Positions 21,601-31,935 of a stretch of 32,384 nucleotides of DNA are shown here, in pieces (the stretch's first letter is position 1; each line of letters starts with the position of its first letter). The notes beneath the pieces are model-generated. The model did not search any database. It worked only from the letters and a program-made list of their open reading frames with translations, and had not been told where the DNA came from. Source of the stretch: Klebsormidium nitens (lineage: Eukaryota > Plantae > Klebsormidiophyceae); contig DF237744.1 in the NCBI GenBank assembly GCA_000708835.1, forward strand, positions 1 through 32,384, read 5' to 3'. The position numbers were made by a program, and so were the translations under genes.

Positions 21601-24600
21601 CGGCCCCGAAGCACGTGCAGGAAACCTCGCTTGGAAGCCTTCACTGGGGCGCCCGCTTGTGAAACTTAAATCTGTGCAGTCAAATTGCGAAGCGTATCTA
21701 CGCTGCAGGCAAACTTCGTAATTGTTTCTCAGTTCTTTCCTTCAGCACATCGAGATCGGCACCGCCTTCGAAAACTGCGCCTCGATCTCTTTCCCGCGGG
21801 TCAGGCAAATCATGAAATGTTCCCTTTTTCTTTCTTTACAGCGCATCGGCACCGCCTTCCAGAACACCACTTCCGGCGCGCCCCTCTTCCTGTTCGTTTT
21901 TCCGATGGTGCCCGCCGACCCCAACCCACCGGCGCTCAACTCCAGCTACCTGCCGCCAGACTTTCGTCCCGCAACCAACTTGTAAGTTTCACTAATCCTT
22001 GTTATCCGAATCTTTTACGAGGCAATTGCTATTCTTTCTTGGCCGCTTCAAAGTGGAGACAGCCTAGAAGAGGCAACCGGTCTGAAAGTATCTGAGTATG
22101 AGATTCCCGTGCACTTAAGCACGCTCTTTTTGAAGAATGCCCAATTCTGTATGCCAATACGGAAGCCTGATTTCATATGAATCTAAGCACGAAGAACAAG
22201 CCGGTGCAAGGCCGTTAAGAGCTTTGGAGAAATCCAAAGAGATTTTTAATGTTCGGAGTCTAAAGAACGGGAAGCATGCATCGTACTCTTGCCCTGAAGG
22301 TGTTGGTCACAAAGATTCCTTTCAGACTACCCATACTTGGAGATCAGACAGACTCGGAATCACTTGCTTGCGTCATGTCTGAGAATCGTCAAGCGGCTGT
22401 CAAAAGCTGTTACACTAAACAATCCATGCACTCGTCCTTTCGTGCGCAGTACTGTCCCGGCGCTGCCCGGCCTCTTCTGGTTCTCGAACGTGTCCATTCC
22501 CAAGGCCGTCTCGATAGGGGACGACAGCAACTACACCGTGCCTGATGTGTGGCCGTTCTACATCACCAATAACACCCAGGTGAGCAGAATCTGGCTTTGA
22601 AGTTGGCGCCGACACAGAACTATCTGGATCTTCGGTCTTTCATCTTGGTCTAGGTACTCAAAGCCACACTTCTTTCCAGCGAAGTCAGATTCAGCTAGGA
22701 CTTCTTGATCCACGTGACCGATCGAGGCCTTTCTGTTGTTCTGGCAGACCGGAGATCAGGTCTTAATTTCAGTCAATGCGTTCGGAAACCTCGCTCTTTC
22801 CCGACAAATAGGAAGTATTCAGAACGCTCGGCGACACTTGTCTTCAGACTGTCGCTTTACTGCGTTCTCGATCCTTTGGTAGCACCGCTTATCTGAGCGA
22901 GCAACTCATCGTCTGGTTTTTACGAACTTGTAACCTGTAATCCGGAAAGATGGCCACGCATCGATGCCCCTTAACAAATCAAGATCGAAAGTCCGGGATC
23001 CGGACATACAGTCCTGCTTGTCACTGCAGGTTTTACGTTCAAGCTGCCCAGATCCAGAGCCCTTACAACTTCTTGGAATCAACATTATCTGCATCTAATG
23101 CTCTGACGCGCTCGCTTAAGCGGTCCTGTTGATCCAATCTGGCTTCTGGCCTAGTCATCATCTTCTTTTCTAGAATGCTTGTCAATCCTTGTTACTGTTT
23201 CTTGACCCAGATCGCCGCTTTCGGCGTCTTGGTCAGCGCGGACTACATCCTGCTCGAGTCCACCGATGACGTGGCGGTCCCTCAGCCGTCGCTCTCCCCG
23301 GTCGCCGGCAAGGCGGCCGCGAGCTTTACTGTTCTGGGCGACGACGGAACGGCGTCAAACACCGCCGCGGTATCGCTCTCGCAGCCCTTCCCGGAAAGCT
23401 GCATCTCAGCCCTCTGACGAAAGTCCTTGAATTTATGGATTACGGATCTTTGGAGTGCCATGTGGCGGCAGCAAACTCCACTGTTAGGCGTCGACGGAAC
23501 GTCGTTAAATACCGTTTCGCTCTCGTAGCCCTTCCCGGTAAGCTGCAGCTAGCCGTCTGACGAACCTTCATGAGTTCATGGCTTTTGACTGGTTGCTTTG
23601 CGACCGGGCGGCCGCGAGCTTCACCGTTTTGGGAGACGACAGAACAGCGTCAGACAGAGCCGCACTTACGCTCTCGCAGTCTTTCCCGGTAAGCTGCATC
23701 GTAGCCGCATGACAAAACTCTCTCGCTTTCTGGCTTTTGAATCGTCCGCCCGTTCGGTGTGGCGGGCGCGAGCTGTACCGTTCTGGGCGACGACGGAACG
23801 GCGTCAAACACCGCCGCAGTTTCGCTTTCGCAGCCTTTCCCGGTGAGCAGCTGATCCGTCTAGACCAGTCTAGTTCGAGACGAAGCTTAATTGCTCTATG
23901 AATTCTTGGGTTGACTTTAGATGGGCGACGTGGCGGTTTTGGATTGCCACGCGAGCTTCACCGTCACTTTCGACGACGGAACGGCGTCAATTTCAGGCGC
24001 GGTTCCGCTTTCGCAGCCCTTACCGGTAAGCTGCATCTCAGCCGTTTGACAAAGCTCTCTGACCTTCTGGCTTTTGAACCGTCCGGTTTCGGTGTGGCGG
24101 CCGCGAGCTTTATACCGCTTTAGGCGACAACGGAATGGCATCGAAGACCGCCGCACTTCCGCTTTCGTAGGGGGCCCTTGCGGTGATCATTTCAGTTGGT
24201 CGTCCGATAACGCTTTCACCTTTGTCCGGGCCACTGAAACCTTCAGGCCGCCGCTGTCTCATTGATTATTACGTAGTCCTTGATTGCGGACTTTTTCTGC
24301 CTTTCTTTAGAAGCATTCGAGGGGACTGTACAAAGCACCGCCACAGTTTCGATTGTGCAGCCCGTCCGGGTAAGAATGCGTATGCGTGGGTTTGCGGGAG
24401 GACTGGAAATAGTCAAAATTGGGACGTCTAAATCCAGGGAGGTTAGAATCTTTCAAAGGTTGGAAAGCTTCATCTTTTCAAACGGTGGCCAACTCAAAAC
24501 ACCACCGCAGCTAGCTGCCTGAGTAATGCTATCGCAAACCTTCTCCGTAAGCACACCAGCCGTCCGGTGATCGTTCGCAGCTTTAAACCGTCAAACGAAA

Positions 24601-25120
24601 TTGTGGCGGCGAGTTCGGTGGCGGGATCGCCTCCTGCAGAGCTGCGGTGACGCTCTCGCAGACCTTCTTGGTGAAACTTCTTGATCCGTTTTATTGAGAA
24701 GTCTCGATAGTTGGAAGTCGCTGAATGAAAACGTCTGAAGAGTCTACAGAAGATTCGTAGCGACACCCGTCCAGCCGGGTAAGTACTAAGCGACTTTCGA
24801 AACCCTTCCTTGCGAGTACAGATATCGTGCTATCCCTCGGTTGCCAGATTGGTTTCAGATCTTCAGTACATTGCAGTACAAAATGGTACTGAGTATGCAA
24901 ACCTCGACGCTCTGATTCGGCCCGCGACCCCGGACACATAACGCCTTCTTTTCTTTCGTTAATATCACCCTTTGAACGAAAATGTCTCTTGCAACTGCAG
25001 GTCGCGGCCGATGCACAGCCCCAGCCGCCTTCGGTTGACTCCCCGGCCTGGATGACGCGTCCTGACGTCACAGTCACGGCCGCGCTTGTTCTTGTCGCCC
25101 TGTTTGGGCTTGTAATATAG
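18699..25120 (+). CDS. Secreted Ser/Gly-rich, Tyr-rich N-glycoprotein with probable GPI-anchor/TM tail, ~510 aa. Exons 18699-19012, 19516-19903 (one frameshift or micro-intron), 20403-20668, 21842-21981, 22450-22579, 23211-(23369/23393/23417), 25001-25120
   Basis: N-terminal signal peptide MKPFSLPCVFLLILMASALVLPSC, S/G tracts, a YYGYY-rich segment and many N-x-S/T sequons. GT-AG junctions are phase-matched, and the final exon ends in hydrophobic VTAALVLVALFGLVI*. Two irregularities are described in the findings. Confidence 0.75.
20700..21300 (+). repeat. Degenerate copies of the 3' end and donor of exon 3 of the secreted-protein gene
   Basis: GAACGGA..TTCGG.CAA|GTAAAG-like copies near 20746, 20835 and 20892. 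There is a 146-bp period duplication (20735-20792 vs 20881-20943), and TTCAACCCAACGGAACC at ~21020. Confidence 0.7.
21743..21841 (+). repeat. Upstream duplicate of the acceptor and start of exon 4 (in-frame alternative acceptor at 21745)
   Basis: TTCAG|CACATCGAGATCGGCACCGCCTTCGAAAAC versus TACAG|CGCATCGGCACCGCCTTCCAGAAC. The 96 nt between the acceptors are open in frame. Confidence 0.8.
23270..24790 (+). repeat. Tandem array of ~10 progressively degenerate copies of the 3' half of exon 6 plus donor
   Basis: GCGAGCTT..GACGACGGAACGGCGTCA..TCGCAGCCCTTCCCG|GTAAGC recurs. Donor positions are 23394 (GA), 23538, 23689, 23843, 24026, 24183, 24370, 24547, ~24671 and ~24779. Confidence 0.9.
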
Positions 25121-25565
25121 AAGATATGTAATATAGAAACGGGTGTTTAGTGCAGTAAGGAGGAAGTTTTGCAAGCGCAGATAGTCAAAGTAAACGCTCC
25201 GGCACGCAAGGGTCTTTTCTCTTTTGAATAGATGGCGTGGATTGGTTCCGAAGTCAGCATTTTGAGAGGCTGACAGTCATAGCTGCACGCATGCAAGGCA
25301 CTAGTAGAAATCGCTTTCTGCTATAGCGTGCACGTACGAACGTCGCGTAAGGATCGATAGCTTCGCGCTCGGTTGAAGAACAAAAAATCAGGTAGTACGT
25401 GCCGCACCAGATCGAGAAACCAGGCGCCGCCACGCCTTACTAGCTAGAAGGGGTTTACTTTCGGTCTATGTAGGAGTTAATATCTTCATGGGGCCGTTCA
25501 AGACGCCAGTAAGTTCAAAGTTGGTTGCATGCTGAATGCGTAGCGTCAAAGATTTTGACTACGGA

Positions 25566-25700
25566 ACTCTGAAAGCTTGCATGTGCAAGGGATCAATTAC
25601 TCAAAGCACTTGCTTATAGTAGTAGGGTCAAAGGGTTTAACTTCGGTACTCTGAAAGCTTGCATGCGGAAGGAATCGTTTCTTCAAAGCGCTTGCTTATA
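25566..25700. repeat. Two-copy direct repeat, 82-bp period
   Basis: ACTCTGAAAGCTTGCATG...TCAAAGC.CTTGCTTATA at 25566 and 25648. Confidence 0.85.
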
Positions 25701-27231
25701 CCACTAGAGTTCTGCTAAATCCGACCTTGGAACATATCACTGCCGAGACTCCAGTATTATATCAGATCCAACCGGACCGAACCAACATTCGGAGATGTGA
25801 GTACGTACTCTGAACTTTCATGTCACGTTGAATACCAGGTTCCGATTTCCAATCTTGAGCCATATGCAGGGCATGCATGGTGCATCTACTCGCGCAATAT
25901 CTTGACGTGTTGCTCGTGAAAGGTATCTTCAACATATAAGCCGCTCACAGCATGGATTAGATCATGCAGATGATAGGTCGTCTACGTAATCCGGAAACAA
26001 ATTGACATGGTCTAACAACGACCACGTCCGACATGTGGTAAAGCGTTTCCACTAAGAAGGATTGCGGACTTCAGCTGGCAGCATGACGGCCGGACGCCAG
26101 CTAGACCCGCGGGAGTCAAGGCCTTGGTACTTTGTTTTTAGCACCCCAACCACGTGACAAATGAAATGCCTTCATTTGTAAGACAGGTTTCACAGTGGCC
26201 CCGATTAAATCTAGCGAGCTAAATTGTATTTGCACTCTGATCGGGTCCTGAACAGCCAATGTCGCGGCTCATAATATACAGCTTCAAGTTGCTATCTTGC
26301 TACGAAAGTTCCGGAGATCGGGTTGTTAACGACGCCCTGGGTAGATTTCATAGAAAGCGAGGAGTACGAGACATATTTACACAGAGCACACATTAAACTA
26401 GCGTCTAGACAGTTGATTCCCGTGCCGTCGGAAAGCACCCGGCGCCCAGCTTAATCTACTTATATAATTACACATGAAAGAGTTTCTCCCCTTTCCAATG
26501 AGCCGGCAAAGCGCCGACTTTGTGATCGAATGCTCTTGCTCGCCCGTGAAAATAGTCAAAAGGATACGGCGGGAGGAACTTGAACGGCCTGCCTTTTGTG
26601 ATCGATCGGCCACCAGGTTGTCCGGCAAGTGAAAACGGAAAAAGCAGTCACTGGTGTCAACTGAGTCGCAAGGCAGTGACACATTTGCTATTGTGGGGAT
26701 AAGAAGGAGAAATCTGCCGACAACACGACAAGGCTTGTTGCAAGAATAAGGTGCCAATCACCAAAACTTTCCGGCACCTGTAAAATGGAGATAGCACTGC
26801 TTTAAGTCGCAAAACTCTCCAAGTGTTGTAGAGCGACTGACATAAAGAAAAAGGAGTGGAGATTTGGAGAACACCCCGGTTATTGCAGGGGCCGGAAGGG
26901 GGGGGTGCAAGAGAAGTTGGGACTGCACCCGAACTGCACGCTTTTCCGGGGACTGAGGTACTGCACGTTTCTTCAAGTTGGTGTCACGCTTTTGACTTCC
27001 GCTTTTGGAGGCGAGAATCAGCCTTATGGTCTAGCTGTACAAGTGTAGCTAGGATCGGGATGAGGCAGCGTCATCGCAAGCAAACGGGTTCGCTCATGCA
27101 CAAGCGACCGGGGTAAACGAGGCCCCCGGAGTTCCGTTGGCGGTCCTCTGTTCCGTTCCGGAACCTGGGCGAGCGGATAATGACACATTTCCGCACCCGG
27201 TCGAAGCGGCTAAATCTGCAGTCCGCTGACG

Positions 27232-28232
27232 TCAGGCCCGAGGTGAGGTAGTCGTCATTGGTGCCTCGACGGTGGCAGGGCCCTTCCAGTCTCCTTCCAG
27301 TATGCCCATCGCCAGCTGCTCCTCGTGCGCTCCAGGGGCGTACATCTGGCTGCCCAGGAACTAGGGGAGGGAGAAGAGTGTCTGATTGAAAAGGGGGTCC
27401 GAAAAGAGTCTACCGTCAACTGCACCGTCGATACTTCCGTCATATTTGAGTCGTCGTAGTGTGACGTGGCCATCTGATGTAGAGCTCAGCTTCGCTCACG
27501 GCCAGTGAGATCTCGAGCAGTGAATTCGAAGCGACCTATCAATCGGCTCGGGGACGTCAGGGATCGGTTTCGGCATGATATAATGATTGCAATCATGTCG
27601 GCCCCTAGGCAGATCTGCTTTTCAAAATGTCGCGGGAGTTACTCTTCAAACCCAGAAACTGCTTGGAGTCAGCGGGGAACAGCCACGGCTGAGAAGTTGG
27701 ATTGCGCACGTCACTGAATCCAGTGCTTTGTCGAGAGCACATTCAAAGCCCGATTTTAAGTGCGTGCCATAATAATAGTGGCCGGGTTGCGCTGCCCGAT
27801 TCGGCGAGCGAGTAAACAAGGTTGCGAGCATTGAAAAAAGTGAGTGGCGCATTCTGCCAGTGGTTCTGATCTGCATGCAAAAGCTGTACCGACGCTGAGA
27901 CTCCGAGGAACAGCTTCTATATCGAACAGACACGTTCACACGTGTTTTCTGCATGGAAGATCCGGTCAACCGAGGAGATCAGTTCCATACCTCGTGCACG
28001 TTTAGTTGTGCAGGTCAGCAGGTAGTAATGGTTTTGATTTCGGAGCTGAGAAACCTCTGGGAAAGTGGACGGGCGGATCCGCGATCAGCTGCTTCTCCAC
28101 ATTGGTCACGATCTTCAACTCCAGGAGTCCGGCGACGGAAATAGAGAGGCCGTTGATATGCGTTCAGCGGAACAGCGGATCCGGGAGGTTCCGTTGGCTG
28201 AGCTTGTCCAATTAGAACCGGTCAACCGAGGC
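27232..28232 (-). pseudogene. Possible decayed multi-exon gene, family unknown
   Basis: A clean terminal exon 27360-27232 follows a strong polypyrimidine/TAG acceptor (FLGSQMYAPGAHEEQLAMGILEGDWKGPA...*). Upstream, an AG..GT bounded segment 28232-27991 reads protein-like (HINGLSISVAGLLELKIVTNVEKQLIADPPVHFP) but has three in-frame stops. Confidence 0.3.
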
Positions 28233-30155
28233 CCTGCACAATTCAGGTTTGGTCTATCCTGAGTGCCCAATACAAAGGCTGTCCGCTTTGTCAGCAGACG
28301 TTTGCCTATACTGGGTCTGTACTAGGCTATCCGCTTGCTGACGTCATGCATGCGGCTCAATACTGGAACGCTGCAGATTCCAGAGTCCAGAGTCCTAACA
28401 GTCAGCTTAGACGAACGGAACAGTGAAGACGGGAGCGGACACCGGAGTCGGGCCGGAGTCACCGGAAACAGATCAATAATATACCGGTACGTACCTACAT
28501 CTACTTAGGGCTCTGACTGTTGAGACATGTCAGACCACTAGCCGATGTACCTATATTTACAACAGACTGACGCCATGCATGACACCATCTACTCTGACAG
28601 GTCGACCGGAGACACCAACACAATACCTAACATACCTACTTTGTCCTACAGGCTACTCGCGCACTGCCGGACCCTTGCGCCAGCAGTGTGCTTGGTCCCT
28701 GCAGCTTGCCCAATGCTGTGGGCGCCGCGTGCAATATCACACACGATTCACCGGTGCTGACATCGTTACCAGTCTTTGGCACGCGGCAGAAGTCATTAAT
28801 ACTGCATGATGCACTTTACTACCTAGTAGCTGCAGTATGCACTCTGCAGTTCTTCACACATCGAGCTGCATTATGCAGTTGTTTTACCCGCCCGGCCGCC
28901 GGCGCCGAGTCCTCGCAGACAGGCTCCCGACTCCCGACTCCTGCTAGCCCCTGGGCGGGCCCGGATGATGTGTCTTCTGCTGGTTGAGGACCGGGTTGCC
29001 TCGGGGTGCCAGCTGTAAAGATGCCAACTCAAGGGTCGATCATGCAAGATTCTCGACCCTCCAAGTGCCACTCTGGGGCGCCCCGGTGCCCGGCGGGAGC
29101 AATTCTAAGTTGCACAATGCACTACCACTGGGCAGGTATTCAGGCACACGAGAATTGAGTTGTATGTTGCCCGGGGCCCCGATCTGAGTTATACAAACGT
29201 GGGGCACGCCGTACTGGCCCCCCGGGCCTCAGCCAGAAGCACCCCGGGAAGTCGGGTAAGGAGCACGGTACGGTACCGAGAGGCCCCGGGCCTTGACAAA
29301 TCGACCCGGTCACTGCGAGTCGGTGTGGCCGAGGCGCGGGCCGGGCGGCTGTCACGACTCGGACTCACGGGTCAAACCCCTGGGTCGTATGACTCGTCTC
29401 ATGTATGGCCAGCGTGGATTATGCTTTTAATCCAACGACGCAAAAGCCGCACAGAGGATATTAAATGCAAGCGAGTAAGCGGTAAATTGACCCGGAGCTC
29501 GGGCGCTGCCACTGCAGGCCCCTCCATTCCTGTGGGCAAGAATTCCAGACTGGTAGATTGCACCGAGCAGTACTAGGTACCTACGCAGTCCTCTGGCGGC
29601 AATTCAGCCAACGACTCTGTGAGCTTACAAATACGTCACCGCTCACAACGTAGCTATATCAACACTCCCGGTGTTTCAACAGTAAGTCCAATTCTCACTG
29701 CAAGCACTTCAGCACAAGGAATTGATCAGCTCCAAAAGCTGAATGGAAAGTTCACTGACTCAGTACTGTCACCAATGAGATTTGCACTGCGGCGGGCTTG
29801 CATACAGGCAAGCAACGTGGGCGCATGGATGGGCAAGGTCCAAAGGACCAAGGCAGGCTGGTGATTGCACAAGACAACTTTGCAGTCGGATGTTCTTACT
29901 TGGAAAAGGATGCGTCTTTCACTTGTCCCTGAGTTGCCTTGTTTCACTTAGTACCTAGCGCGTACACGGCAGTTCTCCGTTGTCCCTTTGGACATATCAG
30001 TCAGGATACCACTGTGAACCGGCGCTTTTAAAAGCTTTGAAGACTACAAGACTCCCGGCGGGTTTTCCTTGCTGCCTTCATGGCATTTACGTTCATAGAC
30101 TAACTAGTTCTAGTAGCTACTAGTCGTTCAGTCGTTTAGCTGATCGATCCAGATA

Positions 30156-30505
30156 AGTCTCCGGAGTCGTGTCGTAATTTGTTAAAAGCAGATTGAGGAG
30201 AGTTCTAGCCAGGAGATGTTAGGTGATTCCTCTCCGTCCAGGTCAGAAGATGTTGGCAGCTCACAGTAAAGTCAAGAGAGAATTGAAAAAACATTTGCAT
30301 TAAATATGGTAGGACTTTTTGCAATCCCCCGGCCACCTACCCGGTTCCTTGAACTGAGCCTCAATTTGAACGTACGGCGGCGAAAGCTGAGAGTACTGAC
30401 AGAGAGTATTGAAAAGCTAGAGCGGGAGAAGGAGAGAAGTAATTAGGCGCAGCACTGAGCTATTGAATACTGGTCACATTTCAAATCACAACAGGAGTCC
30501 TGACT
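30156..30505. mobile_element. Possible degenerate TA-flanked TIR element (~350 bp)
   Basis: Left TA|AGTCTCCGGAGTCGTGTCGTAATTTG versus reverse-complemented right TA|AGTCAGGACTCCTGTTGTGATTTG. Confidence 0.4.
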
Positions 30506-30566
30506 TACGTATTACCCGATAACCCCAGGGTTACCGCACTAGAATAGCTACGTACCTACATACGTA

Positions 30567-30839
30567 CCGTACTAACTTTTAAGATCAGCATTTATTATTT
30601 GTTATTCCTTGATGCAAGTCGAAATAGAAAATGGTCTGAGAAGCTTGCCAATGTGTAAGGAAATCGTTGAATATTTTCTAGTATTCTACACCATTTTGCA
30701 ACTCAAAAACGCTCTGAAAAGGCTTAAAACCCCATTCTCCAAATTGACCCGAAAGCTTCTTGGCAGCCTGCTGATTCGAAAGATCGACTCGAAAATAATG
30801 AATTTGCATCAGAAGTGCTGATTTTAAAAGTCAGTACGG
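30567..30839. mobile_element. AT-rich MITE (273 bp), Tc1/mariner-pogo type ends (CCGTA), TA TSD
   Basis: Left TA|CCGTACTAACTTTTTAAGATCAGCA and right reverse complement TA|CCGTACTGACTTTTAAAATCAGCA. Confidence 0.8.
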
Positions 30840-31387
30840 TATTAGAGGCGAATCCAAGGTACCTATCTCGAGCCATGTAACTAACCGCGTATTAAACTGG
30901 TGAATCGTGACAGTGATACTGGTGAGTCAGTGGTGACAGTATTAAGTTCCGGTGACAGTGACGCATGAACTGTCAGAACTGCAACGTCTGTACGGTATAC
31001 AAGCCGCGAGCGTATTGGTTTAATTTGGTTAGCGGCCAACTACCGGTACATCGACCTGGCATGGTGGACCTGGTGGTCACATAGATGACGACATGTCGTA
31101 CGATCCGAGCAGGCGCAATGGACGTGTGTACGGGCCACAGCACCGTACGGGTCAGAGGGATGTTCACAGAATACCGTACGATACATGTACCAGCCTCTAT
31201 ACAAGAATCAAGGCTGTCAAGGTAGGTACTACGTACTGTACCAGGCTTCGCCGCGAGTGGCCACTCACATTCGGGTACCTAGGTAATCGACATTCGCATG
31301 TCAGGCTGCTACGGCGTACGCCCTTTTGGTACTGACAAATAGTGCGTCACCTACGGTCCCTACTATATAGGTAGGTTATAGACCGTA

Positions 31388-31657
31388 CTGCCAAGGAAAA
31401 TCACACTAAAATGATTATTATGAGGCTTGTGTGAAAAAGTTGAAACCAAATGGGTCCCCAACTGTGAAAAGGTGAAAACCTGAAATCGACGAAAAAGGGT
31501 CATGGCTCATTCTTACGACTTTCAGTGGGGAAAAGGGTGAAAAAGCTCTTGTGCGAAATGACAAAATTAACACGTTCCCGAGGGTGTCGGGTGGAACCTC
31601 AGAATGACCGAATTAAGCTTTCACACCAATTAATGGTGGTGTGATTTCCCTTTGCGG
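31388..31657. mobile_element. AT-rich MITE (270 bp), TA TSD, different family from the previous one
   Basis: GTACTGCCAAGGAAAATCACAC versus right reverse complement GTACCGCAAAGGGAAATCACAC (19/22 identical), TA-flanked. Confidence 0.75.
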
Positions 31658-31935
31658 TACAGACTACAGTATACCTGGTATGTACAGTACTATATACTTT
31701 CTTTCTTGTTCATCTTGAAAAAGTGTGAAGATCCTCACATTTGAACATTTCACCAGCTCATGTCCGAGCGCCCACCTTGACTCTCTTGATCACTCAACCT
31801 CGCACTCAACCTCATCAAGCTTTTCCTCCTGAACGTCGGGTTCGAGTCCTTGATAGCTTTCCATGTTCTTGCAATGACTACACTTTGAGACCAGCTGGGA
31901 ACCCAGGGCTGCCGCTGAAGTATCGCTACCGGAAA

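Noticed and set aside
25299-25336. CACTAGTAGAAA resembling a CACTA TIR
   Set aside because: It only forms a local hairpin with TTTCTGCTA. No distant partner or TSD was seen.
26398-27116. Short ORFs on both strands
   Set aside because: No recognisable motifs or consistent exon structure.
29160-29576. 138-aa ORF and neighbouring ORFs in the GC-rich spacer
   Set aside because: They have Arg/Ser/Pro-biased random-like composition, non-ATG starts and no splice support.
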